DNA of 64,000 nucleotides from a virus, in the IMG/VR virus record IMGVR_UViG_3300049489_001303, positions 1 through 64,000 of that record; one strand, 5' to 3'. Each line of letters begins with the position of its first letter. The stretch's first letter is position 1. The position numbers were made by a program, and so were the translations under genes. The notes under the pieces are model-generated. The model was not told where the DNA came from. It worked only from the letters and a program-made list of their open reading frames with translations, and searched no databases. This document shows positions 52,052-61,724 of the stretch, one piece after another.

Positions 52052-52268
52052 CTTTGCGCCCCATCAGATTCTTGGCAAAAGAAAGGACATCTTCGTTCGT
52101 AACATCCGGAACCGCGGATTGGCTTCTAAGAAGGTTGGCCACCTTCTGAAGCTCTTGCGCCAACGGAACGGTCATGCTCTCAGTTGCAGCTGCCTGCTTA
52201 ACCAGAGCGGAATCCGTTCCCTGGATGGCGGCTTGTACGATGGCATCTATGTTCAGTTTGCGTGACAT
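52044..52268 (-). CDS. Small internal head protein
   Basis: LVKQAAA, LQKVAN. Confidence 0.5.
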   Translation of the reverse strand: MSRKLNIDAIVQAAIQGTDSALVKQAAATESMTVPLAQELQKVANLLRSQSAVPDVTNEDVLSFAKNLMGRKDG

Positions 52269-52274
52269 GTTATC

Positions 52275-53144
52275 TTACTGGCGATTCGGGTCGAAGAGTT
52301 GATTCAGGCCTTCACGAATAAGGGGCCGGGGAGCCGGGTTCCCTGCCATACGGGTGTCCGGCTGGGCTTTAATCGTGGCGTTTCCACCGCGGATCTGCGG
52401 AGCCTGATCCATGTTCACAGTGGCCAAGGGGCTGTTTGCAGGCAGTGGGTCGTTACCCTCATCAATACCGTTAACAACGGCTGACTGCTTCAACAGCTCA
52501 ATCATGATCTCAGTCTCAGCTGCGCCCTTCAGGAATTCTTCCTGGAGTTCACTGGCGATTTTGTCTTCAGCCTCTTTGTAGCCACTTTCGTACTCTTCAG
52601 CGAGTTTCTCGAGAACCGGCATCAGGTTTTCCTGCTGGGCGAATTTCACGAGATCCTCTGGGGAGAGAGCTTCAGAAGCAGCCGCCAGTTTCTCAGCGCC
52701 GGACTGGAGATACTCTTCGTACTCGGCCTGTTTCTGCATGTCGCTGTTAGCGGGGGCGTGGCCCTGCTCCAGGCTATCGAGATATTCCGCGGCTTTCTGA
52801 ATACCAGCTTCGATACCGGCGTTGTAGCCGATACGGGTGGCTTCTTCCACGTCGCTTTCACTGTAGCCACCAGCAGCCGAAGCTACCTTGGCCATTTCAC
52901 CTTCGTAAGAACCGAAGCGGGTGATGATAGCATCGGCCATCGCCTGACCCATCATGGAGGCATGGGCGAGCTCAGCCTGCTTCTCGGCGCCGGAGAGTTC
53001 CGCGGCGATCTTCAGGAGATCATCGACCGCGTTATTCTGCGTGGCGGGCTGAGTATTCGTTACTTGAGGTGCCGGGGCGCTCGCTGTCTTTACGCTGCCC
53101 GTGCGTTCCTGTTCAACCTGATTCAGAATAGTTTGTAAATCCAT
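52275..53144 (-). CDS. Prohead scaffolding/core protein
   Basis: Acidic and helical; between protease and capsid genes; 12 of 14 Lys in K-x-A. Confidence 0.6.
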   Translation of the reverse strand: MDLQTILNQVEQERTGSVKTASAPAPQVTNTQPATQNNAVDDLLKIAAELSGAEKQAELAHASMMGQAMADAIITRFGSYEGEMAKVASAAGGYSESDVEEATRIGYNAGIEAGIQKAAEYLDSLEQGHAPANSDMQKQAEYEEYLQSGAEKLAAASEALSPEDLVKFAQQENLMPVLEKLAEEYESGYKEAEDKIASELQEEFLKGAAETEIMIELLKQSAVVNGIDEGNDPLPANSPLATVNMDQAPQIRGGNATIKAQPDTRMAGNPAPRPLIREGLNQLFDPNRQ

Positions 53145-53180
53145 CTTGTTTTTCCTCTCCGTCAGAGTGTTACGCACCTA

Positions 53181-53209
53181 ATCATAGGGTGCGAGTTATA
53201 GTTCAACAA
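53181..53209 (-). promoter_or_regulatory. Sigma70-like promoter upstream of the scaffold/capsid operon
   Basis: TTGTTG-17-TATGAT. Confidence 0.45.
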
Positions 53210-53218
53210 CACAAAAAA

Positions 53219-55330
53219 TCAGCCATCAACTATTATCCAACCCAGCCATTCAGCCAATTTATCAAGGTCAACTTCGGGTAGAGTTACCGCGCTGTCCGGG
53301 GTAGCTACCATCTCAGGCAGAATACTGGCGATTTTTTCTCCAGAGGCCAACTGTGAGAGTTTAACTGATGCCGTACCACCTCTAAGGCCTTGTAAGGTGC
53401 CCTCAATAGAAGGCCGCACAGCATTTTCAACACTACGCACAGCCTTCTGTACGCCTGTTCTACCCAGACCTTTATGCAGTAAAGCCGACCCACCGAGCAG
53501 GGAGATAATGGGATGGTTACTGGTGAATTCACCGGCAGTATCCATCATGCGCCGCGGCAGCGGCAGGCCCGGATGCCCTAGGGGAACACCATCATAGCTA
53601 CGACGTTTCTGGTCATATGCCAGAGCAGCCATGATGCCCAGCATCGTCATTGTAGGGATAGCCACGGGGTACTTACCCATAGTGTTGGCTACCGTATTTG
53701 CCACAGAGGACATCTTGGACAGCTCTGTGGTGATAGGCACCGGTACACCCTGGTCTGTCATGTAGTGCTTGCCCATTGTAGGACGCGCAGCATACCCTGC
53801 AGCAGCCAGGCCGGCGGCAAGCAGCGGGTGTTTGATAGGACCTACCGACATACCGCCCTTGGGCAGTGCACTACCGATCAGCTTGTAGGCGCCACCCAGT
53901 AACGCCGCTCCCCCCAACGTCTTAAGGAGGTTGGCACGAGCGATGTCATCATGAGACCTTATAGCAGCCCCACGGGTGGTAGCATAAACCTCTCCCGTAG
54001 CGGGATCTGTCAGTGTAAACTGTGTGGTCTTTCCGGGATCCTGTTTCCAATCTTCAGGAATGGCACGACGCTTGAGGTACTCATAAACACCCCCGCGTTT
54101 CTCAACGAAAGGCGTAAGGGTATCAGTCAAGTCTCCACGAACGTATTCCGGGCCGAAAGCCAGAGCGCCGGTCTTAGCTAACTGCTCCATGATCTGAGGA
54201 TGGTCCTCCAGCAGTTCAATAACTCCGGACTGGACGACTCCAGCGTTGTCGAGCATCCGCTGTGATATCTTCTGAATATGCCCCTGCTTGTAAGCGCTGA
54301 CCTTCAGGAACTCAGCAGCGCTTAACTGCATCCCCCCAACGGCCATCGCCGAAGAGACGACCTCAGGAAGGGAGTAAGAGGCGAGCTTCTGTACAGTCTC
54401 CTCGGGGAGATCCGGGGTGTTCGCCGCAATACCCTGGGCATAGGGGCGCATCTTGATAAGGTTCTGATACTCTTCGGTGGACATATTGTCCGGGATAGAG
54501 TCTACAGACACTCCACGAACGACCTTATCAATAACGGCCAGCTTCTTTGCCGCCAGTTTCTGCTGCTCCATCCCGTCGAGATACTCCCCCGCCGCGGCGC
54601 CGGAAATAACCTCGTAGGCCTGGTTGTTGGCAACCTTCTTGAGCATGAATGCTGTGGCGTCTGCTGGCCTGAACACCCAGGAGATATCAAAAAACTTGGG
54701 AGAGGGATTCAACGCAGCCACCTTCTTACCGTCGATGACTTCTTTCATCTGAAACTTGAGGTGGTTGCAGTATTGGGCGCGGGTGGGAGCCGTATTCCCA
54801 CAAATCGTGCAGCGATCGAACGGGACCCTGGTGCCCATACTCACAGGCGGAAACTCACCAGCTGCAATGCGCTCTGCGAGGTCAGGGGCTTTAGAATTAT
54901 CCAGATCCACCACGAGTTCTACGCGGTGCATTGTAGGATTCCAGAAGGCCCTGAGAACTTTACCCACAGCTTTTTGCGGGTCTTTATTTACATGGTGCCG
55001 GAAGTTGTGCGCCGATTCAAACGACTTGTAGTGCTGCACCAGCGTCTCTTTGTCGCTGATCCAAGGGGGATTCAGGTGCGACATATAGGGGCTCTCAGGA
55101 AACCCATCGCCATTGCGGTTCTCACCGTAAAACTCCCACGACCCCAACGCCAGAACGTAGACAATACTGTGGCCTGGGATGGGGGTGATAGTCTTGAAAT
55201 AGTCGTTGGCCACGCTGGCATGTTTGGTGAACTGCTCATAGCACGGCTTACCATTGGCCCAGAGAACTACGGGCTGGATGGAAGCTTCCCCGGTAGGGAA
55301 GTAGGGATCTATTTCGACTATCTTATGCAT
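53219..55330 (-). CDS. Prohead maturation protease (HK97/herpes-type fold) with long C-terminal extension
   Basis: NRNGDGF, FRHH...AVGKV, VSMG (catalytic Ser candidate), CTICGN..CNH Zn insert, FFDISWVFRPAD. Confidence 0.78.
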   Translation of the reverse strand: MHKIVEIDPYFPTGEASIQPVVLWANGKPCYEQFTKHASVANDYFKTITPIPGHSIVYVLALGSWEFYGENRNGDGFPESPYMSHLNPPWISDKETLVQHYKSFESAHNFRHHVNKDPQKAVGKVLRAFWNPTMHRVELVVDLDNSKAPDLAERIAAGEFPPVSMGTRVPFDRCTICGNTAPTRAQYCNHLKFQMKEVIDGKKVAALNPSPKFFDISWVFRPADATAFMLKKVANNQAYEVISGAAAGEYLDGMEQQKLAAKKLAVIDKVVRGVSVDSIPDNMSTEEYQNLIKMRPYAQGIAANTPDLPEETVQKLASYSLPEVVSSAMAVGGMQLSAAEFLKVSAYKQGHIQKISQRMLDNAGVVQSGVIELLEDHPQIMEQLAKTGALAFGPEYVRGDLTDTLTPFVEKRGGVYEYLKRRAIPEDWKQDPGKTTQFTLTDPATGEVYATTRGAAIRSHDDIARANLLKTLGGAALLGGAYKLIGSALPKGGMSVGPIKHPLLAAGLAAAGYAARPTMGKHYMTDQGVPVPITTELSKMSSVANTVANTMGKYPVAIPTMTMLGIMAALAYDQKRRSYDGVPLGHPGLPLPRRMMDTAGEFTSNHPIISLLGGSALLHKGLGRTGVQKAVRSVENAVRPSIEGTLQGLRGGTASVKLSQLASGEKIASILPEMVATPDSAVTLPEVDLDKLAEWLGWIIVDG

Positions 55331-55343
55331 CTATCGCCTCTTC

Positions 55344-55736
55344 CTATTTGCCACTGAAGTCGATGGGCGGCGGTGTGTATCCTGGAAAAGAATTACTGAA
55401 AGGGGGCGCCATGCGATTCGTGGAGTCCTTCTGGCCCTTCTGCTTATTCGCGGCATCTGGCGCCGGTGCTGGAGCCGGAGCCGGAACCGGAACTGGAGCT
55501 GTAGCCGCCGCTTTCTGCAACTGATGCAGAGCGATCAGGCCATCGCCGATACCCTTCCAGCGTTCCTGCCGCTCTGCGACTTTCGTGCACAGGTAGGCAG
55601 TGACGTTCTCCAGGGTGAGCTCTTCACCAACCAGATGCTCGGCCAGCTTGTGGGTGCCATAGGTGGCTACGGCAACCTTGATGCTGTCGGGCATATAGGC
55701 CATCATGATTCTGTCGAGTTCCTGTTCGTTAACCAT
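55344..55736 (-). CDS. Putative internal head protein
   Basis: KVA, KLA, KVA, KAA motifs. Confidence 0.5.
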   Translation of the reverse strand: MVNEQELDRIMMAYMPDSIKVAVATYGTHKLAEHLVGEELTLENVTAYLCTKVAERQERWKGIGDGLIALHQLQKAAATAPVPVPAPAPAPAPDAANKQKGQKDSTNRMAPPFSNSFPGYTPPPIDFSGK

Positions 55737-55741
55737 TGCCG

Positions 55742-56416
55742 TTACCTCCAGCTTCCGCCGCCGTGAGCCAGCGCTTTTTTAATGGCCGTCTCAGCAGTAG
55801 CCAGGCCTTCAATTGTTCTGTAGTCGATCGCGCCACCCATCATAATAGCGTTCCTCAGGAAAGACAACACGGCGTGTGGGTCCGTACTGAGGGTGGGCGC
55901 AAACCGGGACATCGTGGCGTAGAGCTTCTCCAGGTCGCCGGGGTGCTCTGTCTCATAGCGCTTGAGAGAGGGCTCAGTTTCCAGAAGGCGCTGGAGAATA
56001 GCCACCCGTGCTTTACGGTGTACGGTCATATCCTTGATGTTGTTGTGGGCCGCTACCATTCCACCGATGCCGGCGTTGGTAAGCTCAGCACCTACGGCGC
56101 CTGCAAAACCACCCGTGAGGCCCATGAGCATTCCACGTCCAGCAGCCTGGCCCAGACCCATTTGGGGGTTAGAATCGGTTGGACGGTGAGCAGCCTCTTT
56201 GGCCATAAGTCGGAACTCGTTAAGGGCCAGAAGATGTGCGTATTTCCCAGTATAACGTTCCATGAGTTTCTCCTCCTCATCTTTGATCTTGTCTTTAGTG
56301 CCGGACACTGAGGCTCCCACGCCGGCAACACCGGTGGCCGTTACCACTTTAGAACGCAGAGAGCTCTTTGCTCCCGCATTCCCGACACCCTTAACAGCTT
56401 TTTCCCAGATACTCAT
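55742..56416 (-). CDS. Putative internal head/ejection protein
   Basis: Gly-rich hydrophobic segments; RFAPTLSTDP helical C-domain. Confidence 0.5.
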   Translation of the reverse strand: MSIWEKAVKGVGNAGAKSSLRSKVVTATGVAGVGASVSGTKDKIKDEEEKLMERYTGKYAHLLALNEFRLMAKEAAHRPTDSNPQMGLGQAAGRGMLMGLTGGFAGAVGAELTNAGIGGMVAAHNNIKDMTVHRKARVAILQRLLETEPSLKRYETEHPGDLEKLYATMSRFAPTLSTDPHAVLSFLRNAIMMGGAIDYRTIEGLATAETAIKKALAHGGGSWR

Positions 56417-57264
56417 CAGCCCACCTTCGGTGCCATTTTTACGGCATTTTCAATACCCACCGCCAACCTCTGAACAGTCTCTCTGTCGGCCCTGGCAGTC
56501 TTTACAAGATTAAGTATATCGCGGCATTCCGGATCCTGTACAGAAACATGATACTCGATAACGTGCGCCACCTTCTCCGGGTCGCCCAACAGCCCTGCGG
56601 ACATATCCATGCTGTTGTAGTGGCGCAGCATCTTCAGCTCGGGAAGCACATCTGCACCCAAAGCCGCCACGGCGTTCTTCTCGAAGTTGTCTACAGCCAT
56701 CTTGCCGACGTAAGTTACGCGCATGAGCTGTGCCGCCTTTTCCAGCTTATCTCCCCAGGCAATCTCAGCCTGACGCTGCTGATCCCGCATGATTTCACCA
56801 GCACGCTTGAACATGGCTTTGAGCTCAACCGGATGTACATCCGGACCCACAGCACGTTCCACGCCGATGTGCACCGTTTCAGAGGCGGTCTTTGTCAGTG
56901 GGGCTTGTTTCATGCTCCCGTAGTAGTCGAGGGCGCGGTCGTAGGACTCGTCAGAGGCTACCTTGCCGAGACCGGACGTGTCGGCCTGAGCCAAGCCTCC
57001 CAGTTGAGAAATGACCTGCTCGGGATCCCCGACGGTGAAATTGAACATCCTGTCCGGAGCGCCCTCCGAGGCGGCCTTACCGAACATGTTCTCGAAGACG
57101 GCCACATTGGACAGACGCACCAGTGTACGGATACCTTCGGGGTTAAGCCCGTTATGCTGGGCCAACTTGAGAGCGAGGTCATTAACGCTTTGAGCCCCAC
57201 CCGAAGAGGTGTGTGTGTTACCGATCTCCTGAGCTGCGCTTTCAAACTGTTGTCTATTCCACAT
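56416..57264 (-). CDS. Putative prohead core protein
   Basis: 12 of 16 Lys in K-x-A. Confidence 0.55.
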   Translation of the reverse strand: MWNRQQFESAAQEIGNTHTSSGGAQSVNDLALKLAQHNGLNPEGIRTLVRLSNVAVFENMFGKAASEGAPDRMFNFTVGDPEQVISQLGGLAQADTSGLGKVASDESYDRALDYYGSMKQAPLTKTASETVHIGVERAVGPDVHPVELKAMFKRAGEIMRDQQRQAEIAWGDKLEKAAQLMRVTYVGKMAVDNFEKNAVAALGADVLPELKMLRHYNSMDMSAGLLGDPEKVAHVIEYHVSVQDPECRDILNLVKTARADRETVQRLAVGIENAVKMAPKVG

Positions 57265-57291
57265 GGCTTAACTCACTTTCAAGGCACCTTC

Positions 57292-58002
57292 TCAGTGCAT
57301 GATATCCGTTAAAGGTACTCCGAGCTCTTTCGGGTTAACTACATTCTTCCGCTGTTCGATGGCCAGGACAGCGTCCATAGAAGTGTCATTGTCGGTCTTG
57401 GCATTCCGCAGTTCCATCACGGACTTAACAGCAATAGCTCCCCACTTGAAAGCCTCTTTCGCCGCGGCGGAGTTCACAGAAGATCCACGAGCTACCATAG
57501 CCTTGGAATAAGCTGTCATTGTCCACCTGGAAAGGATCTCTTTCTCGGGGATCTCCATCACGTCATTGCCCATGGTCCAGTAATCCATCAGCACGGAAGG
57601 CCCATAGGCCAGACCCACTTCAATCTGTCGCCGGACGTCATCGGTAGCTTTGTTGGCAGCATAGTATTTGCCATACAGACGCCACTCCATCTTGTTCTTG
57701 AGCTGAGTTCTGTCCATGAACAGAGACTCAAAAACACGCAGGACTTCGATCCGTACGCCGGTGCCGTAGAGTATCTGATTAAGGGTAGCCCCGCTGAGAA
57801 AAAAAGAAACAAGGGTGTCCCTCTCATAGGGGACATGGAACAGGTAAAGGGCTTCACGGATAATATCGTCCGGCTTGGCACCGGTGATAACATCGTAAAC
57901 TTCCCGCAAGAATACCTCTTCAGGTGGCGTCTTTTCCTGAACTGCCTGTTGGACCTTTTCCCAACGCCAGTCCGGCGGTAGCGGGGCGGAAAACTTAAGC
58001 AT
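57292..58002 (-). CDS. Hypothetical protein
   Basis: 236-aa ORF coupled by TGATG to the upstream gene. Confidence 0.6.
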   Translation of the reverse strand: MLKFSAPLPPDWRWEKVQQAVQEKTPPEEVFLREVYDVITGAKPDDIIREALYLFHVPYERDTLVSFFLSGATLNQILYGTGVRIEVLRVFESLFMDRTQLKNKMEWRLYGKYYAANKATDDVRRQIEVGLAYGPSVLMDYWTMGNDVMEIPEKEILSRWTMTAYSKAMVARGSSVNSAAAKEAFKWGAIAVKSVMELRNAKTDNDTSMDAVLAIEQRKNVVNPKELGVPLTDIMH

Positions 58003-60605
58003 CAGGTTGCCTGCGGCTGTTCCTCTGATGTGCTCTGTGCCGAGCTGTACTTATTCAGCTGCAGCACCAGCTCACCCATGTTTTTAAACAGGTTACGCAG
58101 CCGATCTTCCAACTGCGTGAAAGCCTCATCACCGACGTTCTCTTTGGTCTCACGCTCTTTAACCCACAGGGTGAGGAGCACACGACCCAGGTTATCCAGA
58201 GCTTTCTCAAGCTGTGGGATATAGGAAGCTGTGATGTCCTGGAACACAGGGGCGGAAGCCACCATGGCAATAGCCCCGGCATCCATAGTTCCCTGGTCCT
58301 GAAGACCTGCAGCCTGCTCCACAAACGAGGGGTTAACCTGCTGCTGAACCTGTTCCGGAGAAAGGTCGCCTTGCTCCATGAACGCCGGAGGAGGCGGCTG
58401 GGGCGGCGGAACCGGTGCGATCGCCTGTGCAGCTACCTGCGGAGACTGCTCAGCACCAGCGGGAATTTGACCGTTGGAGGCTCCCGACAAGGCCATCGAA
58501 CGCTGCTGAATGCCTTGCAGAACCTGCATCAGCGCTTGGTTCTGCTGCATTTCCATGTCCATCTTTTGCTTCATCTGCTCCATCTGAGCCTGGTTCTGCT
58601 GCTGAGTCAGTTGGTTCTGCTGAGTCAGATTCTGCAGAGCTTCCCCGATAGCAAGATCTGTCGGGGAGATGGGGGCAGGCGCTGGCGCTTGCTGTTGAGC
58701 CTGCTGAGGATCCCCACCCTGCGACCCGGGTTGATCCGGCTGTGCTTTGATAGGTGCCTCAGAACTTTGCGGGGTTTCGGCCGACAGCTTATAGAGCAGG
58801 CGACCGAGGTTGTCCATCGCTGTTTTGTCCAGGATGTAGGTGTTGGCGTGGCCATACTTCTGGGCGTTATTCAGCACTCGGGTAGAGTCATCAATAGACA
58901 GGTGGTACATTGTAGCCACCTTCTGAAGGGCTTCGCCCAGGGTGAACGCATGGCTGTGGCCATCGATCCACCACTCATTGTGTCCTGCGTGCTTCACACC
59001 AGCTACCGCGGCGCCAGCATCTTTGAAGATAGACTTGAGCCATGAGCGGAAGCGGGTGGGATCCGTGATGATCGACTTAACGAACTGCGTCATCTTCCGT
59101 TTGTATTCCCAAGCCTTCTCACCCTTGGCTCCTGGGATTTTCACGAAATGAGCATCATTGGGCAGGAACACACGGGTGCCGCCGGTCTCTGTGTGGGTGA
59201 CAACGATCTTACCCTTAAGGGCCTGATCCTCGGCACCCCGAACAAACATAGTGGGTTCCCCGTCCGCGGTTACCGTGGAGATGCCGTTGGCTTTAATCAC
59301 CTGCGATACCACAAAAGGCTCTGTACACTGCAGGCCCCGGGGAGACGGGTTGATAAAGAAGCCATAGTCCTTCGGCGCGGGGGTATCACCCTCGGTGAAG
59401 TATTTGGAGATCTTGGCTTTCAGCAGGCCATTGCTCTCACTGGGGAAGAGGGGGTCTCCAACCACTTTGTCAGACACAAAGATCTTGGCCATGTCCTTGC
59501 TGATAACCAGGAACTTCTTAGCTTTCTCTTTAGGATTGAACGGGTCCGGATTATGATAGGCTTCTACCTCCATACGCCGCTCTATGGCGCTGGGGGTCTC
59601 TACCAGCGGAACTGCCAGATAGTTCTCGGCGGGACCGTCCAAGGAGTAGATTCGGAGCCAACCGGCGCCGGGGCCCGGAGCCGAAAGACTGACTGTACCC
59701 TCCACCTCTACTGCGATCTTATCCAGACCGACACGGGTGTCTTTAATGGCCAGACCGTACTGCCGGATCGTCGAGAAGGCCTCTCCGGCCATCTTTCCGA
59801 ACACTCTCTTGAGGTCTTCTTTGGAGGCTGTCTTGGTCAGTACATCCAGACTCCCATTAAGCTCCAGAACTGCCTGTTTGATCTGCCCACGCATTGTGTG
59901 TTCTGCAGCATTTCTGGTGTAACCGCTCTGCATAGCTTGAATCAAAGCGGTCTTCCCATAGCAGCTTGCCAGCTTGGAGAACATGCTGGGGTTTTTCTCG
60001 AAGGCCAGCTTGAGGCCATCCAGCGCAACTTTGGGGGCAGCACTGATAACGTCCAGGAAGTGCATCTCGGAGGCTTCGGCCCGCTTGGTCAGCTGGCGGA
60101 GCATCCGCGGAATATCCGACTCAGCATCATCAGCATAGCCTACGCGGCCATACTCTGCAGTAGGAGGCTGCACCAGATTTCGGATGTTAACGTCGGTAGC
60201 TGCACCGGGAGGCATGTCCTGACCGCGGCCCATTTCCGACAAGGACAGACGAGCCAGCTCGTTGATCCAGGCGGTGCTGAGCGGGAGGAAGATTCCCAGG
60301 TTTTTACTGTAAAGAATTTCCAGGGGTTTAAGGCGGCTATCCCCGAGAACTGCCGGGATGTAGACCGTCAAACCATCCTTCACCAGGATGAAAACACCCA
60401 GAGCATCACCCTGTGTAGCATCCATGTTCAGGATCTTAAAGGTAACGATACTGGGGGCCAGATCAGCGAAGCGGGAGAACATGACCTGATAGGCCATGTC
60501 CGAGAAACGCTGCTTGAACATCTGCTCCATGGCCTCAGGCCCTTGGGGCTGCTGCTGGTTGCCGTAAGCCTGAACTTCAGGTGACATTTGAAAAATACCG
60601 GGCAT
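58002..60605 (-). CDS. Large putative internal head protein with Gln/Pro-rich linker
   Basis: 867 aa, many K-x-A motifs, GGAGG RBS. Confidence 0.6.
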   Translation of the reverse strand: MPGIFQMSPEVQAYGNQQQPQGPEAMEQMFKQRFSDMAYQVMFSRFADLAPSIVTFKILNMDATQGDALGVFILVKDGLTVYIPAVLGDSRLKPLEILYSKNLGIFLPLSTAWINELARLSLSEMGRGQDMPPGAATDVNIRNLVQPPTAEYGRVGYADDAESDIPRMLRQLTKRAEASEMHFLDVISAAPKVALDGLKLAFEKNPSMFSKLASCYGKTALIQAMQSGYTRNAAEHTMRGQIKQAVLELNGSLDVLTKTASKEDLKRVFGKMAGEAFSTIRQYGLAIKDTRVGLDKIAVEVEGTVSLSAPGPGAGWLRIYSLDGPAENYLAVPLVETPSAIERRMEVEAYHNPDPFNPKEKAKKFLVISKDMAKIFVSDKVVGDPLFPSESNGLLKAKISKYFTEGDTPAPKDYGFFINPSPRGLQCTEPFVVSQVIKANGISTVTADGEPTMFVRGAEDQALKGKIVVTHTETGGTRVFLPNDAHFVKIPGAKGEKAWEYKRKMTQFVKSIITDPTRFRSWLKSIFKDAGAAVAGVKHAGHNEWWIDGHSHAFTLGEALQKVATMYHLSIDDSTRVLNNAQKYGHANTYILDKTAMDNLGRLLYKLSAETPQSSEAPIKAQPDQPGSQGGDPQQAQQQAPAPAPISPTDLAIGEALQNLTQQNQLTQQQNQAQMEQMKQKMDMEMQQNQALMQVLQGIQQRSMALSGASNGQIPAGAEQSPQVAAQAIAPVPPPQPPPPAFMEQGDLSPEQVQQQVNPSFVEQAAGLQDQGTMDAGAIAMVASAPVFQDITASYIPQLEKALDNLGRVLLTLWVKERETKENVGDEAFTQLEDRLRNLFKNMGELVLQLNKYSSAQSTSEEQPQAT

Positions 60606-60703
60606 ATCAATCCTCCAAGGTAATTGAATTGGGCACTAAAGCAACTTAATTATAAGGGCTTGAAAGGGAATTGGAAAGCGTTTTCGGGTGGGATAACGTA
60701 GGA

Positions 60704-61627
60704 CTACAGAAGAGCAGCGCCTACTTTGCGCAGATGCTCGCGGCCTTCAGGTGTGGAAAGCAGGTAGTCCATCGCCTGTTTGGTCCCGACATCGGCCGTC
60801 AGCTGATTGCTGACAGGAGCAGAAGCACCGGGCTCACCGCCGGGATGACCGACGATAGTTCCCACATTGGCTCCCTGCGGAATACTCTGAGCACTGTGAC
60901 CCATGCTGCTGGCAACGGCGCCCGGAATATTGATGTTGTCCGGGAGATCCTTGCGCGGGGCCGGAGCTTTACCCAGACCAGTGTCGCCACCGGAAAGAGA
61001 AGCGCCATCAGCAGCGGACTTACCGAGGTGAGCGAGGATCGCGGCAAGCTTGGACACGTTGCCCATCGGGGCATTTTCCTGTGCGCCAGGCTGAACGTCG
61101 CGTTTCATTTCCTGACCAACGGCGCCGGCTGCGGTGTTGAAGCGGGTGCTTCCCGGCTCGCCGGTGTATTCCGCCGACGGGTAGTTTTTGGCGTCGATCT
61201 CGGCCTCAGCAGTAGCACCGAGTTCAGGTTTCGGAGGGGTCTCACCCGGAACCATCGGTCCACCGGTCGAAGAAGACTCCTCAGCAACTTTCTGCATGAG
61301 GGTATAGATCGATACCGCGGCGGCATCAGCATAGTCCAGAGAAGCAGAAGCTTGTTTGAGCTCTTCTTCTTCGGGACCGATAGCCGCAGGATCGGCGTGC
61401 TCATTGATTGTCTGAGCTACTTCCACGATCTGATCCAGCACGGCTTTAGCCTGCTCAGGAGAAAGACCATCCGGAGGAGTGAGTTCAGGAACTTCTTCCT
61501 CTCCCATATTATCCGCGATGGCGTCCGCAGCTTCGTCTTCAGCAAACTTGGTCGGCCAGGAGACGATACCTTGGCGGGTCAGCTCGTGAACCATTCCACG
61601 GATATGTGCGCGTTTATAAATTCCCAT
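60704..61627 (-). CDS. Acidic, partly disordered internal head protein
   Basis: KRA, KFA, KQA, KVA, KLA, KSA, KQA; GGAGG RBS. Confidence 0.55.
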   Translation of the reverse strand: MGIYKRAHIRGMVHELTRQGIVSWPTKFAEDEAADAIADNMGEEEVPELTPPDGLSPEQAKAVLDQIVEVAQTINEHADPAAIGPEEEELKQASASLDYADAAAVSIYTLMQKVAEESSSTGGPMVPGETPPKPELGATAEAEIDAKNYPSAEYTGEPGSTRFNTAAGAVGQEMKRDVQPGAQENAPMGNVSKLAAILAHLGKSAADGASLSGGDTGLGKAPAPRKDLPDNINIPGAVASSMGHSAQSIPQGANVGTIVGHPGGEPGASAPVSNQLTADVGTKQAMDYLLSTPEGREHLRKVGAALL

Positions 61628-61681
61628 AATAATCCTCCCAAGTGGGTTTCGGTGTTGCTCACCGGCTGTTACACTGAACCA

Positions 61682-61710
61682 ATTATATAGCAGTTTGCCT
61701 GGTCACCCAA
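61682..61710 (-). promoter_or_regulatory. Sigma70-like promoter
   Basis: TTGGGT-17-TATAAT. Confidence 0.5.
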
Positions 61711-61724
61711 GCGCAATTCAAAAA

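Noticed and set aside
59148-61690. 478-aa and 339-aa plus-strand ORFs
   Set aside because: Antisense shadows of minus-strand head genes that have clear RBSs.
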